A stretch of DNA of 64,000 bases from Candidatus Latescibacterota bacterium. GTDB lineage: Bacteria > Latescibacterota > UBA2968 > GCA-2709665. The stretch spans positions 128,001-192,000 of the forward strand of contig OZ250150.1 of the NCBI GenBank assembly GCA_965237675.1. Direction: 5' to 3'. This document shows, piece after piece, positions 29,287-39,517 of the stretch; the stretch's first letter is position 1; the number at the start of each line of letters is the position of its first letter. The position numbers and the translations under genes were made by a program. The notes beneath the pieces were generated by a model. The model saw only the letters and a list, made by a program, of their open reading frames with translations, was not told the origin of the DNA and made no database searches.

Positions 29287-29643
29287 GTGTACAAGGAAGA
29301 TAAAACCGAACCCTTCTGGTGGGGCATGTTCTCGCTGGGCGGCGTGATTGCAGCGCTGCTGATACCCGTCCACATCTTTTTCGTCGGGCTGGCCGTACCG
29401 CTCGGCCTGATTGACAAGAGCCTGCTCGAATATGGCCGGATGAAATCCCTGCTTGCGAATCCCCTGGTCAAAGTCTACGTCTTTGCACTGGTCGTCCTTC
29501 CGCTTTTTCACGCGGCACACCGCATTCGTTTCTCGCTCCACGAAATGGGCATCCGGAAATTGTTGCTCTCGCTGGATACCCTCTGCTATGGCGGTGCCCT
29601 CCTGGGTACGGCGGTTGCGTTGTACATTTTGTGGGTCATTTGA
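29287..29643 (+). CDS. frdD: Fumarate reductase membrane subunit D
   Basis: EPFWWGMFSLGG, LPLFHAAHRI. Confidence 0.9.
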   Translation: MYKEDKTEPFWWGMFSLGGVIAALLIPVHIFFVGLAVPLGLIDKSLLEYGRMKSLLANPLVKVYVFALVVLPLFHAAHRIRFSLHEMGIRKLLLSLDTLCYGGALLGTAVALYILWVI

Positions 29644-29712
29644 TGTCCCGACCGAAGACAACCTGATGTCCCTGGCCGGGGAAGCAGTACATAGCGAATA
29701 TCGAGATCGCCT

Positions 29713-31035
29713 ATGAAACGGGCATTAATCAACCTGCCATCGGTCGCCGTATGGAAGGTGCTGCTCTGGTGCAACCTGCTCTCGTTTCTGTCGCCAGTTA
29801 CCGATGCGGCGGGTAACGCGCCGGAGACCGTTTCCAGCCAATTGGTCACATCCGTCGTCGTTTTAGACGTCGAAAGAAAAGACGGTTCCCGGATCCGGGG
29901 CCTGGGCTTTCTCGCCATCGACAGCCGTATTGCGGTTACAACCTGGGATCTCGTCGAAGACGCAATCCGGGTTGTCGCCAGATTCGAAACGGGTGAGGCG
30001 TTCGGGGTTTCGGGCCTGATCGACAAAGACGAAAAACGAAACGTGGCGCTGGTCCGAATCAAGGTCTTTGGCAGGCCGCTACTTGAACTGGCCGCCCGGG
30101 AACCGGTCGACGTGGAGAAGACCTACGTTGTCGGAGCGGCCGAAGGGGAGGCATTCAAGTTCGTCGACGGCCGGATGAATCCGGTCGAAATTGTCGACGG
30201 AGTGCGCGTCTATCCCCTGGGCGCCGCCGTTTCCGCAGGAAGCGGCGGTGGGCCGCTGGTCGACGAATCCGGTCGCGTCATCGGCATCGTAGCGATTCAA
30301 TCTCGCGGGCAGCGAGTTGCAGGCCTCGCCATCCCTTCGGTGTACGCCCTGGGTCTCGATCACACGTTGCCTACGCAGCCCTGGCAGGAGGCCCGCCCGC
30401 TTCCATCCCGCCCCGAAACGGCAGCGCCCGGACCTGCCGACGCGCCACAAGCCGATCCGAACGCCATTCGGTTTCGCTTCTACCGGGCCGACGAACAGCG
30501 TTTCAGCGATGCCAACCGCAATCTGTGGACGGAGTCCATTCTGTGGTGGACGGACAACATCAAAGAAAAGTGCGGCGGCAACCCGCGCGTCGATACCACG
30601 GAAGACATGGGCGTTGACACGGCGGCAATCCCCTCTTCGAAAGCGCGATTCACAACCCGGACAACGGGCTGGGAATCCTGGGTCCTTGGAAAAGGCCCTT
30701 TGAAGAAATATATCGCCAAAACCGAACGTAACCGGGACTTTCACATCGGCGTTTTTCAGGAAGTCAGGCACAAGCCCTCGCCAGAGGAGAAATCGCACGC
30801 GGTCGTGGGGGTTCACGCCCCTCCCAACGTCCTGGCGATTTATTTCAAAGCCACCCGGATCAGGGAAGTCGAACGCGTTCACTTCATCGGCTACCTATTC
30901 GGCCTTGACGGCGGCGTCGGCGGGGTCATGTCCTCAAGGTATCCCCGCGGCCCCGGATCCCCTCCCGCCTATGGCAACATAACCGAATGGCCGTCCCACT
31001 GGTGCCAGAAAATCGCCGAACATCTCGATCAATAG
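29713..31035 (+). CDS. Secreted trypsin-like domain protein with degenerate catalytic residues and a C-terminal metalloprotease-like domain
   Basis: GLGF, TTWDLV, NVALV, GSGGGPL..SGRVIGI; HFIGYLFGL...VM. Confidence 0.75.
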   Translation: MKRALINLPSVAVWKVLLWCNLLSFLSPVTDAAGNAPETVSSQLVTSVVVLDVERKDGSRIRGLGFLAIDSRIAVTTWDLVEDAIRVVARFETGEAFGVSGLIDKDEKRNVALVRIKVFGRPLLELAAREPVDVEKTYVVGAAEGEAFKFVDGRMNPVEIVDGVRVYPLGAAVSAGSGGGPLVDESGRVIGIVAIQSRGQRVAGLAIPSVYALGLDHTLPTQPWQEARPLPSRPETAAPGPADAPQADPNAIRFRFYRADEQRFSDANRNLWTESILWWTDNIKEKCGGNPRVDTTEDMGVDTAAIPSSKARFTTRTTGWESWVLGKGPLKKYIAKTERNRDFHIGVFQEVRHKPSPEEKSHAVVGVHAPPNVLAIYFKATRIREVERVHFIGYLFGLDGGVGGVMSSRYPRGPGSPPAYGNITEWPSHWCQKIAEHLDQ

Positions 31036-31056
31036 TCCGTTGTCCGAAGAATCGAT

Positions 31057-31087
31057 AAAAGCCCGGCAGGAATTCTGCCGGGCTTTT
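31057..31087. terminator. Bidirectional intrinsic terminator
   Basis: AAAAGCCCGGCAG-N5-CTGCCGGGCTTTT between convergent genes. Confidence 0.85.
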
Positions 31088-31146
31088 ACTATGTTCTAAA
31101 CAACCATCAGACAGCCGGACAAAAAGCACACGACACCGGTTCGCCG

Positions 31147-32541
31147 TTACGCGCCGGGCCCCGTCATCTTCTCCGGCCGGACCGCCGCATCGAACGCCTC
31201 ACTGCTCATCATCCCGAGCGCCACTGCCGATTCTCGAAGCGTCAGATTCTCGTCGAACGCTTTCTTGGCCACCATTGCCGCGTTGTCGTATCCAATCTGA
31301 GGATTCAGCGCCGTGACGAGCATAAGCGACTGCTCCAGGTGGTTCTGGATTTTTTCCCGGTTCGGTTCAATGCCCACGGCGCAGTGATCGTTGAACGCCT
31401 CGCAGGCATCTGCCAACAACCGGATCGACTGCAGCAGATTGTAAACGATCAGGGGTTTGAACACATTCAATTCGAAATTCCCCGAAGAGCCACCCACCGC
31501 AATCGCCATGTCGTTGCCAATCACCTGCGCGGCCACCATTGTCATTGCCTCACACTGGGTGGGGTTCACCTTGCCCGGCATGATCGAACTTCCCGGTTCG
31601 TTGGCGGGAAGCGTCAGCTCTCCAACGCCACAGCGCGGCCCGGAAGCCAGCCAGCGCGTGTCGTTGGCGATTTTCATCAGTGAGCACGCCAGGGTTTTCA
31701 GAGCGCCGCTGGTTTCCACCATCGCGTCGTGCGCCGCCAGGGACTCGAATTTGTTTCCGGCCGAAACAAACGGATGGCCGGCCAGCTCCGCAATCCGCGC
31801 TGCAGCCCGGTCGGCAAATTCCGGATGCGTATTCAGCCCGGTACCAACGGCCGTGCCGCCGAGAGCGAGCTCGTTGAGATTCGACAGGCATCGCTCAACG
31901 CGCTCCAGGCCCTTCGTCAACTGAGTCACGTATCCCGAGAACTCCTGGCTGAGCGTCAGCGGAACGGCGTCCATCAGATGCGTACGTCCGATTTTGATGA
32001 TATCTTCAAAATCGTCCGCTTTAGAGGCCAGCGTATCCCGCAGCTTCCCGACCATTGGCATCAACCGCCTGTGAATCTCGCTTACGGCCGCAATATGCAT
32101 TGCCGAGGGAAACGTATCGTTTGAAGACTGCGCCATGTTTACATCATCGTTTGGATGAATCGGATCTTTGCTGCCCATCCGTCCACCGGCAATCTGAATC
32201 GCCCGGTTGGATATCACTTCGTTGGCGTTCATGTTTGTCTGTGTGCCACTTCCCGTCTGCCAGATTCGTAGCGGGAAATGGTCGTTCAGCTTGCCCTCGA
32301 TAACTTCGTCGGCCGCCTGCACGATAAGATGCGCCTTTTCCGACGACAGCTTTCCCAGTTCGCGATTCACAAGCGCGGCCGCTTTTTTCAGAATGCCGAA
32401 CGCTCTGATCAGCTCCCGGGGCATGCGTTCTTCGCCAATATCAAAATGAATCAGCGCCCGGGCCGTCTGAGCACCGTAATACCGGTCTTCCGGAACCAGA
32501 ATTTCTCCCATACTGTCCGTTTCAATCCTATATCCCTCCAT
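31147..32541 (-). CDS. fumC: Class II fumarate hydratase
   Basis: [31 protein letters not shown]; RBS before ATG 32541. Confidence 0.97.
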   Translation of the reverse strand: MEGYRIETDSMGEILVPEDRYYGAQTARALIHFDIGEERMPRELIRAFGILKKAAALVNRELGKLSSEKAHLIVQAADEVIEGKLNDHFPLRIWQTGSGTQTNMNANEVISNRAIQIAGGRMGSKDPIHPNDDVNMAQSSNDTFPSAMHIAAVSEIHRRLMPMVGKLRDTLASKADDFEDIIKIGRTHLMDAVPLTLSQEFSGYVTQLTKGLERVERCLSNLNELALGGTAVGTGLNTHPEFADRAAARIAELAGHPFVSAGNKFESLAAHDAMVETSGALKTLACSLMKIANDTRWLASGPRCGVGELTLPANEPGSSIMPGKVNPTQCEAMTMVAAQVIGNDMAIAVGGSSGNFELNVFKPLIVYNLLQSIRLLADACEAFNDHCAVGIEPNREKIQNHLEQSLMLVTALNPQIGYDNAAMVAKKAFDENLTLRESAVALGMMSSEAFDAAVRPEKMTGPGA

Positions 32542-32579
32542 CTCTCCTTCTCCTCTCATATAGCGCGTTGGTACGAGTT

Positions 32580-33047
32580 TAGTGTCCCGTCCCGGAAATA
32601 TATTACCATTCATCCACCGATTCATCCCGTCTCGCTGCGTTGCTAAAAGGCGGTGAGACGGAAGACGGAAGAGGTAAGCCGTGTTAGTTACTTTCCCGTA
32701 TCACTCGTCTGCAAATGGACACTCGTTGTGCGAAACGAGAAGTGGATTGCGCAGCGCAGCGTAAGACCTACCCCCTAACCCCCTTCCTGAAGGAAGGGGG
32801 AAACTGTCGTCGGTTGAAGACAGATTGATCGATGAATAAATCCAGGCGTCATATTGTGATCGCGCGACACCCGGTTCTGCTCCCCCTCTCCCCCTTTCCT
32901 TTAGGAGAGGGGGCCGGGGGGAGAGGTCACGGCGCTGACGTCAACTGATTGGGTTTTTGATTCAAGCTGACGGCTGATAGCTGATAGCTGTTTTTTCTGC
33001 TTCTGGTCGGCCGAATTTAGGCAATCTCTTTCCGGGACAGAACACTA
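32580..33047. mobile_element. MITE-like element (family A, long copy) with nested REP pair and heptamer repeats
   Basis: TIRs TAGTGTCCCGTCCCGGAAA / TTTCCGGGACAGAACACTA (17/19). Confidence 0.75.
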
Positions 33048-33321
33048 GGCGTTGCCGAGCATTTCAAGATACAAAAACAGAACTTTCCCGGCAACCCCGT
33101 CCGGTATTTTTCGGACCATCATCAATAAACATAACGGTATATATTATTATCTTGCTTTTAAAATTAATTCTTCTTATCTTTAATCCACCGTTAATCTTCT
33201 TTGGCCACCACACCTGTCGAGAGGTGCCGCGCGGCAAAGTCCCCTCAGGCGGCTTACAGTCCGGAACAGAAACCCAACGGGAAGAAACGTCTGATACAAA
33301 CTATCCGAAGGAGACGCTTGC

Positions 33322-34221
33322 GTGCTGATTCAAAGCCTGAAAATCTTCTGCGACCTCATCGATACCCAGAGTTTTTCAAAGACGGCTGTGCTGAATGGCG
33401 TGACGCAGTCCGCGGTCAGCCAGCAAATCAAGAGCATTGAAAATCGCCAGGGCAAACCGCTGCTGGAGCGCCATAAGCGCAAGATCGGCCTTACCAAAGA
33501 GGGAGAGGTATTTTACAAGGGCGCCGGCGACATTGTAAGGCGCTATGACGAAATGTTACAACGCGTCGAGGCTCTCGACGGTGTCGTATCGGGCACTGTT
33601 CGCCTTTCCGCAATCTACAGCGTGGGCATGCGTGAACTCGGGCCGTACCTCAAGACCTATCTCAAAGCCTACCCCAAGGTCAACTTCCGGCTCGACTACA
33701 GCCACACGCCCCGGATCTACGACGACGTCGCCAGCGGTGAAATCGACTTCGGCGTGGTCGCCTTCCCAAGACCCCACCGCAATATCAGAATGATACCGTT
33801 CTCCGAAGACAATATGGTGGTGGCATGCCCGCCCATGAATCCGCTTGCAGCGCGGGACAACGTCGCCGTGAACGACATCGGCGATCATCCGCTGATCCTC
33901 TTCTCCCAGGAAACCCACACGCGTCAGGCGCTCGACCAGTTCTTTCGTAAGCACCGTATTCAACCCAACATTGTCATGGAATTCGATCACATCGATACAA
34001 TAAAGGATGCCGTCGAAGTGGATCTCGGCATCTCCATCCTTCCTGAACACTCCGTGGGCCTGGAACACAAGGAAGGCACATTGAAAGCGCTGACCATCGA
34101 GGGCGACGTCCTCACCAGACCCCTGGGCATCTTGCACAAACGTGGCCGGAGCCTATCGGTCGCCGCCCGGAAACTGCTCGAGGTGCTCACCAACGGGAAG
34201 GCTCCAACCACCGAATCGTAG
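33322..34221 (+). CDS. LysR-family transcriptional regulator
   Basis: SFSKTA...VTQSAVSQQIK.IE HTH; LTKEG; GLGISILP-like motif. Confidence 0.95.
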   Translation: MLIQSLKIFCDLIDTQSFSKTAVLNGVTQSAVSQQIKSIENRQGKPLLERHKRKIGLTKEGEVFYKGAGDIVRRYDEMLQRVEALDGVVSGTVRLSAIYSVGMRELGPYLKTYLKAYPKVNFRLDYSHTPRIYDDVASGEIDFGVVAFPRPHRNIRMIPFSEDNMVVACPPMNPLAARDNVAVNDIGDHPLILFSQETHTRQALDQFFRKHRIQPNIVMEFDHIDTIKDAVEVDLGISILPEHSVGLEHKEGTLKALTIEGDVLTRPLGILHKRGRSLSVAARKLLEVLTNGKAPTTES

Positions 34222-34361
34222 ACGCTCTTCTTTGGATACCCCTCCGGTTTCGGCGCAGGCCGCCGAACGCATCTGTGCAATCGGCCGATTCCTGATTTAC
34301 CGCCCCGGACAACTACGATCATACGTCTCTGTTCTTCCGAAACGAGCCACTTCCCGGATTG

Positions 34362-35066
34362 TCATTCTGCGCGGCTATTGCCGGCGACCATTTCGTGAAT
34401 CAGGTATCGAAGAAACCGGACACCCGTGCGGAAAGAAGGCGCCTTCGATTCTCCTCCTACCCGGTTCCCCTCCCACGTCGGAATCTCCTCGATTCGCATC
34501 CGTTGTTTCATCGCCTGGATCGTCATCTCATATTCGATGGTATATCCCATCGATCCGGGGTCGAGCTTGAGAAATGCCCCGCGTGTGATCCCTCGAAACC
34601 CGTTGATTGCATCCGTCACAAACGATCCCCGGTTCCAGAGTTGATTGGCGATCCACGTAAACATCTGATTCGTCCACTTTCTCAGCGGCAGAGAATCGTC
34701 GTCCTCCTCGTTCCGGGAACCCGAAAGGAACCGGGACGCAATCGCCATATCGGCGCCATTTTCGATGGCAGCGAAGAGTCGTGGGATATCGTTCGGATCT
34801 TCATTTCCGTCGGGGCTGAAGAAAACCAGGCCCTCTCCGCTCGAAACCCGAACCGCCAACCGAAACGCCTCTCCCCGCCCGGGTCGTTGCTGGTCCACCA
34901 ACCGAATGAGATGGGATGACAGAACCTCACGGGTACCGTCCGTTGACCCGCCATCGACGGCGAGCACCTCGTCGGCGATTTCCGCCAGATTCGGGCCGGT
35001 TGAGAACAGCCAGCGAACGCCCTCGACCTCGTTGAGTGTCAGCAGAACAAGAGTTCGTTTGACCAT
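34362..35066 (-). CDS. GT2 glycosyltransferase (polyprenol-phosphate glycosyltransferase-like)
   Basis: LNE, VDGGSTDGT, PDG, ASRF, R.GGESK. Confidence 0.88.
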   Translation of the reverse strand: MVKRTLVLLTLNEVEGVRWLFSTGPNLAEIADEVLAVDGGSTDGTREVLSSHLIRLVDQQRPGRGEAFRLAVRVSSGEGLVFFSPDGNEDPNDIPRLFAAIENGADMAIASRFLSGSRNEEDDDSLPLRKWTNQMFTWIANQLWNRGSFVTDAINGFRGITRGAFLKLDPGSMGYTIEYEMTIQAMKQRMRIEEIPTWEGNRVGGESKAPSFRTGVRFLRYLIHEMVAGNSRAE

Positions 35067-35097
35067 AGAGTACCCCAAACCCGGTCTTCGGCGACAC

Positions 35098-36300
35098 CTA
35101 ACCGCCCCTGAAGAAACGCCCGAAGAGTTCCGCGATACGATCCAGGTCGGTTAACGTTAGGTCCTGGTGGCAACCGATATAGAACCCGCTTCCGTTGATC
35201 CATCTGGCAACGGGAAAATTCGCCTCGTTGATGTCCAACAGGCGCTGGTAGAGTGGCTGATTGGTTAGTGGAAGCATCTCGCGCGTCTCAACCCGGTTCT
35301 GCTCCAGGAAATTCACGAATGCGTCCTTTTTACGATCTTTCAGGACAATCGGAAACATCATAAACGAATGTTCACTCTCCGGACGAACCGTGGGAAGCTG
35401 CAGAACCGCCTGGTGTTCGGACAAACTCTGAATCAGATGGGCGGCATTTTGCCGCCTGCCGGCGATCATCTCCTTCCCGACTTCAAGCTGCGCCAGCCCC
35501 AGAGCGGCCTCCATCTCGGTTAATCGGAAGCTGTATCCGAGACTTACGAAAGAAAATCGCCGGGCAACAATTTGTCGAAGTTCCTCCGGCGATTTCTCGT
35601 CGTCGTCGTCTATATTCAGATACGTCGAATCCCTCCCGTGGTTTATCAGCGATCTCAGGGTTTTCGCATAATCGGGATGGTTGGTCGTATTCAGACCGCC
35701 CACTCCCGTGGTCAGCAGGTGGGCCGCATAGGTGGAAAAACATCCGATTTCACCGAAGCTTCCGGCACTGCGTCCCTTGTATCTCGCAAACATCGTCTCG
35801 GCCGAATCTTCAATGACCTTGAGACCGTACCGCCCGGCAAGCTCGAGGATAGGATCCATGTCGCAGGGCTGTCCGAAAACATGCACGGGAATTATCGCCC
35901 GTGTACGGGACGTGACCGCGGCCTCGATCTTTTCCGGGTCCAGTTCGTAGTGGATTGGATCGACATCCACCAGCACGGGTCGCATTCTTCCATGGAAGAC
36001 GATATTGGCCGTTCCCGCAAACGTCACCGCGGGCAGGATGACTTCGTCCCCGTCGTCCCACCCATGCAATTCCTTCAGCGCAACCAGAGCGACCTGCAGG
36101 GCGCTCGTCCCGCTGTTGCTCATCACACCGAACCGACAGTCGTGTGCCCGTGCGAATTTGGCCTCGAACGCCTGGGTCATCGGACCGTAAGACAGCCGAT
36201 TGTTGTCGAGAGCCTCGTTGACCAGCGCCCTGGCGCGGGGACTGATGTTTAACGTACCGACGCCGATTACCGGCGGCCGGATTTCACGATTCTCGGACAC
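35098..36300 (-). CDS. DegT-family PLP enzyme with His at the Schiff-base Lys position (ColD-like 3-dehydratase)
   Basis: SNSGTSAL, IEDSAE, FSTYAAHLLTTG. Confidence 0.85.
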   Translation of the reverse strand: MSENREIRPPVIGVGTLNISPRARALVNEALDNNRLSYGPMTQAFEAKFARAHDCRFGVMSNSGTSALQVALVALKELHGWDDGDEVILPAVTFAGTANIVFHGRMRPVLVDVDPIHYELDPEKIEAAVTSRTRAIIPVHVFGQPCDMDPILELAGRYGLKVIEDSAETMFARYKGRSAGSFGEIGCFSTYAAHLLTTGVGGLNTTNHPDYAKTLRSLINHGRDSTYLNIDDDDEKSPEELRQIVARRFSFVSLGYSFRLTEMEAALGLAQLEVGKEMIAGRRQNAAHLIQSLSEHQAVLQLPTVRPESEHSFMMFPIVLKDRKKDAFVNFLEQNRVETREMLPLTNQPLYQRLLDINEANFPVARWINGSGFYIGCHQDLTLTDLDRIAELFGRFFRGG

Positions 36301-36301
36301 C

Positions 36302-36480
36302 TGGTGTCCCGTCCCAGAAAGTTGTCACCATTCATCCCTGTCTGCGTGCGTGAGGCAGCACGCACAGGCAGGCGCCGATTCATCCCGTCTCGCTGCGTTG
36401 CCTGCGCTGAGCTTGTCGAAGTGCCAGCCGGGCGACTCGACGGCCGAATTTAAGCAATCTATTTCAGGGACAGAACACTA
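36302..36480. mobile_element. MITE-like element (family A, short copy) with two inserted hairpin units
   Basis: TIRs TGGTGTCCCGTCCCAGAAA / TTTCAGGGACAGAACACTA; shared core CCGATTCATCCCGTCTCGCTGCGTTGC. Confidence 0.75.
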
Positions 36481-36510
36481 GAACCCGCCTCCAAGTACCG
36501 GCCTGTCCCT

Positions 36511-37458
36511 CTAAGATTTGCGCGGCTGCTTCTCGTACCACGAAATCATCCGCCGCAGCCCTACCTCCAACGACGTTGCGGCTTCAAATCCAAAATGCCG
36601 CTTCGCCCGCGTCACATTCACGCATCGCCGCGGCTGTCCGTTCGGCCTGGTCGGGTCCCAATGAACCCGGCCGGTGAATCCCGCGAGATCCTGAATTTTC
36701 TCCGCGAGCACCCGGATTGAAATCTCCTCTCCGGATCCCAGGTTGATCGGCTCTGACAGATCGTACAATTCCGAAGCGAGCAATATGCCCTCAGCTGCAT
36801 CCTCGACGTACAGATACTCACGTGTGGGCGATCCGTCTCCCCACAGCGTGACATGGTCTATGTCCCGATTATTCCGGGCATCCAGGATCTTTCGCACGAT
36901 AGACGCGAGCCCGTGGGACGTCTCCGGGTCGAGGCTCTCTCCAGGTCCGTAAAGGTTCGCAAGCAGCAGATGAATCGCATTGTAGTCGTATTCCTCGCGG
37001 TAGGCCTGGCTCTGCACCAGCATCATCTTTTTGGCCAGCCCGTAGGGTGCGTTTGTCTCCTCCGGATATCCGTCCCAGAGGTTCTCCTCCCGAAAAGGAA
37101 CGGGCGTCGACTTCGGATAAGCACACACCGAGCCGATACCTACGAACTTCGGTACCTCGAAACGTCGGGCCTGTTCGAGAAGATGGGCGCCCATGACCAG
37201 ATTATCGTAAAAAAAACGCCCTGGATACCGCTTGTTGGCGCCAATACCGCCGACCGAACCGGCCAGGTGGATGATCAGGTGCGGGCGCGCGACTTCGTAC
37301 ATGCGCCGTACGGCTTCCTGCTCACGCAAGTCGTGGTCCCGGCTGCGTGGCACGAATATTTGACGGCATCCCCGTTCGCGCAGTTTCCGCACCACAGAAC
37401 GGCCCAGAAAACCGGCGCCGCCGGTAACCGCAACCCGTTTTTCGGTCCAGAAACTCAT
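36511..37458 (-). CDS. GDP-L-fucose synthase/ColC-like epimerase-reductase
   Basis: TGGAGFLG, VGGIGAN, GSVCAYPK, YGLAK, WGDGSPTRE. Confidence 0.92.
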   Translation of the reverse strand: MSFWTEKRVAVTGGAGFLGRSVVRKLRERGCRQIFVPRSRDHDLREQEAVRRMYEVARPHLIIHLAGSVGGIGANKRYPGRFFYDNLVMGAHLLEQARRFEVPKFVGIGSVCAYPKSTPVPFREENLWDGYPEETNAPYGLAKKMMLVQSQAYREEYDYNAIHLLLANLYGPGESLDPETSHGLASIVRKILDARNNRDIDHVTLWGDGSPTREYLYVEDAAEGILLASELYDLSEPINLGSGEEISIRVLAEKIQDLAGFTGRVHWDPTRPNGQPRRCVNVTRAKRHFGFEAATSLEVGLRRMISWYEKQPRKS

Positions 37459-37614
37459 TCCTCGTTCCTCACGATCTTCCGTGTTTGCCAATTTCTGCGG
37501 AAAGGTATGTGGAATCGCGCCCGGGGTCAAGCCAAAAGCGGCAAAAACCACTGCCGAAGGGCCCGGCCACAACACGGTGACGGGGCCTGACCCCCGGGTA
37601 TGTTCGGCGAGCGC

Positions 37615-38547
37615 TCACGTTTCGCGCAACAGCCTCTGGGCGGCGTTGTACGGATCGTCCTCGCCCAAGCGGACCCTGGCTGCGGCCCGGTCCAGGCATT
37701 CGGGGCCCAATGCCGCGTCGAACTGGAGCGCCAGACGCGCTTCCACCCGCTCCCGCAGTTCACGCCGGATCTGCCGCTCGCGCAAACCTGCCAGCCTGTC
37801 TTCTGTTTTCAGATGGCACCCGTACGCCAGAAGCGTCTCGAAGAGTTCCTTCACACCCCTGCCCTCAGTGCCAACCGTTCGTACAAGCCGCCTCTCCCAG
37901 CCGTCGACTTCGCCCCGAGCATGGAGGGTTTCCCTGAGTTCTCCCGCCAATTTGTCCGCTCCCGGCCGGTCGGATTTGTTCAGCACAATCACATCTGCAA
38001 TCTCCAACACGCCCGCTTTCAACACCTGGATTTCATCACCCGACTCGGGCACGAGGGTCAGTACAACGGCATCGGTGCAATGGGTCACGTCCACCTCGGT
38101 CTGCCCGACCCCTGCCGTCTCCACGAGCACCACGTCCTTTCCCATGGCTTCCATTACCCGTACCGCGTCTCGCGCCGCACGGCACAGTCCGCCTGTCAGA
38201 CCCTCGTTCCCCATACTTCGAATAAACACTTCCGGGTCGCCCGACAGTCCTTGCATCCGGATCCGATCGCCCAGCACGGCGCCTCCGGTAAACGGGCTGG
38301 AGATATCCACGGCCAGAATACCCACCGCGCTTCCGGCCTTCCGGAAGCGGGGCGCGAGACGACCCACGAGCGTACTCTTGCCCGCTCCCGGCGGACCGGT
38401 GATGCCGATCCGATAGGCGTTTCCCGTTGACGGATACAGGTCGGTAAGCAGCGACACCGCACAGGTCTCCCGCCGCTCAATGAGCGTTATTGCCCGCGCG
38501 GCAGCACGGATATCGCCCGCGAGGATTCGGCCGGCCATATCTCTCAT
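37615..38547 (-). CDS. meaB: Methylmalonyl-CoA mutase-associated GTPase
   Basis: GITGPPGAGKST, GGAVLGDRIRM, ETAGVGQ, NKSD. Confidence 0.93.
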   Translation of the reverse strand: MRDMAGRILAGDIRAAARAITLIERRETCAVSLLTDLYPSTGNAYRIGITGPPGAGKSTLVGRLAPRFRKAGSAVGILAVDISSPFTGGAVLGDRIRMQGLSGDPEVFIRSMGNEGLTGGLCRAARDAVRVMEAMGKDVVLVETAGVGQTEVDVTHCTDAVVLTLVPESGDEIQVLKAGVLEIADVIVLNKSDRPGADKLAGELRETLHARGEVDGWERRLVRTVGTEGRGVKELFETLLAYGCHLKTEDRLAGLRERQIRRELRERVEARLALQFDAALGPECLDRAAARVRLGEDDPYNAAQRLLRET

Positions 38548-38939
38548 TTCACGGCTTCCCGGAGGCACGCGATAATGTCGCCTGTATGAGTTCCCGGGCC
38601 CCAGAAGAACGCGAGCCCTCTGGCCTTGAGCGCCTCCTGATCGGCCGGCGTTATGATGCCGCCGCCCACCAGCAGTATGTCATCCGCACCCCGCGCCCGG
38701 AGGAGATCCATCACCTTGGGGAAGATCGTCAGATGGGCTCCTGAAAGAGAGCTGATACCCAGCACATCCACGTCTTCCTGGATCGAGGTGTTCACCACCT
38801 CCTCCGCCGTGCGGTGCAGGCCGGTATAAATGACTTCCATCCCCGCATCCCGCAACGCGCGCGCCACGACCTTGGCGCCCCGGTCGTGCCCGTCCAGACC
38901 TAACTTTGCAATCAGAACGCGTATTTTGCGACTGTGCAT
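38544..38939 (-). CDS. Acyl-CoA mutase cobalamin-binding small subunit
   Basis: GLDGHDRG, GISSLSGAH, VGGG. Confidence 0.93.
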   Translation of the reverse strand: MHSRKIRVLIAKLGLDGHDRGAKVVARALRDAGMEVIYTGLHRTAEEVVNTSIQEDVDVLGISSLSGAHLTIFPKVMDLLRARGADDILLVGGGIITPADQEALKARGLAFFWGPGTHTGDIIACLREAVK

Positions 38940-38965
38940 ATTCGCCTCCCCAAGCGTGACCCTCT

Positions 38966-39517
38966 TCACGTAGCACTCGCCCCGCGCCTGGAGACGATTG
39001 GGACCAGCGGCCCGCGGATTCGCTCCTCATCGACCGTATTGTAGTCCTTCTCAGCGCTGGGAAATGCCGCTGCGGTCACACCAGCCTGCGGTAGACGACG
39101 GTTGGGATTCACACCGAAGAGCAGGAGGCCCGCAACTGACGCGTTATCACCGTCTCCGGCAGCAACCAGTAAGTCGGAGTTGAGCAAAAGGCGCCGCCAG
39201 CTTTCGACGTCGGCCCTGCCCGGCACTGATCGCTTCAGAACATCACGGAGGTAGTTCTCGATCCGGCCGATGTCCAGGCTCTCCAACCCCATACCTGCCT
39301 CGCCGGCGGCCGAAAGCCCGAGAATGAGCTCGGCGTCGGCGCAAGCTCCAGTTCCTCGATTCGCATGAACACTTCCCGCTCCCCGGCGGCGAGACGTTCC
39401 GCCTGACCAGGCGTAATACCATACGTAGTTCGCACGCCAAGGTGGTCTTGCACCACCACCGCGGGTTGCTCGTGGGGCAACTCCTGGTGCTGTTGCGGCG
39501 CGATTAACAACGCTCAT
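38966..39517 (-). pseudogene. Mosaic of gene fragments (AlbA/ATP-binding regulator middle part; possible SMC-like ATPase fragment)
   Basis: LDIGRIENYL...SVAGLLLFG.NP...LPQAG in one frame; GITPGQAERLA...MRIEELEL in another. Confidence 0.5.

Noticed and set aside
33200-33321. Riboswitch upstream of the LysR gene
   Set aside because: I could not match any riboswitch consensus; an Rfam scan would be needed
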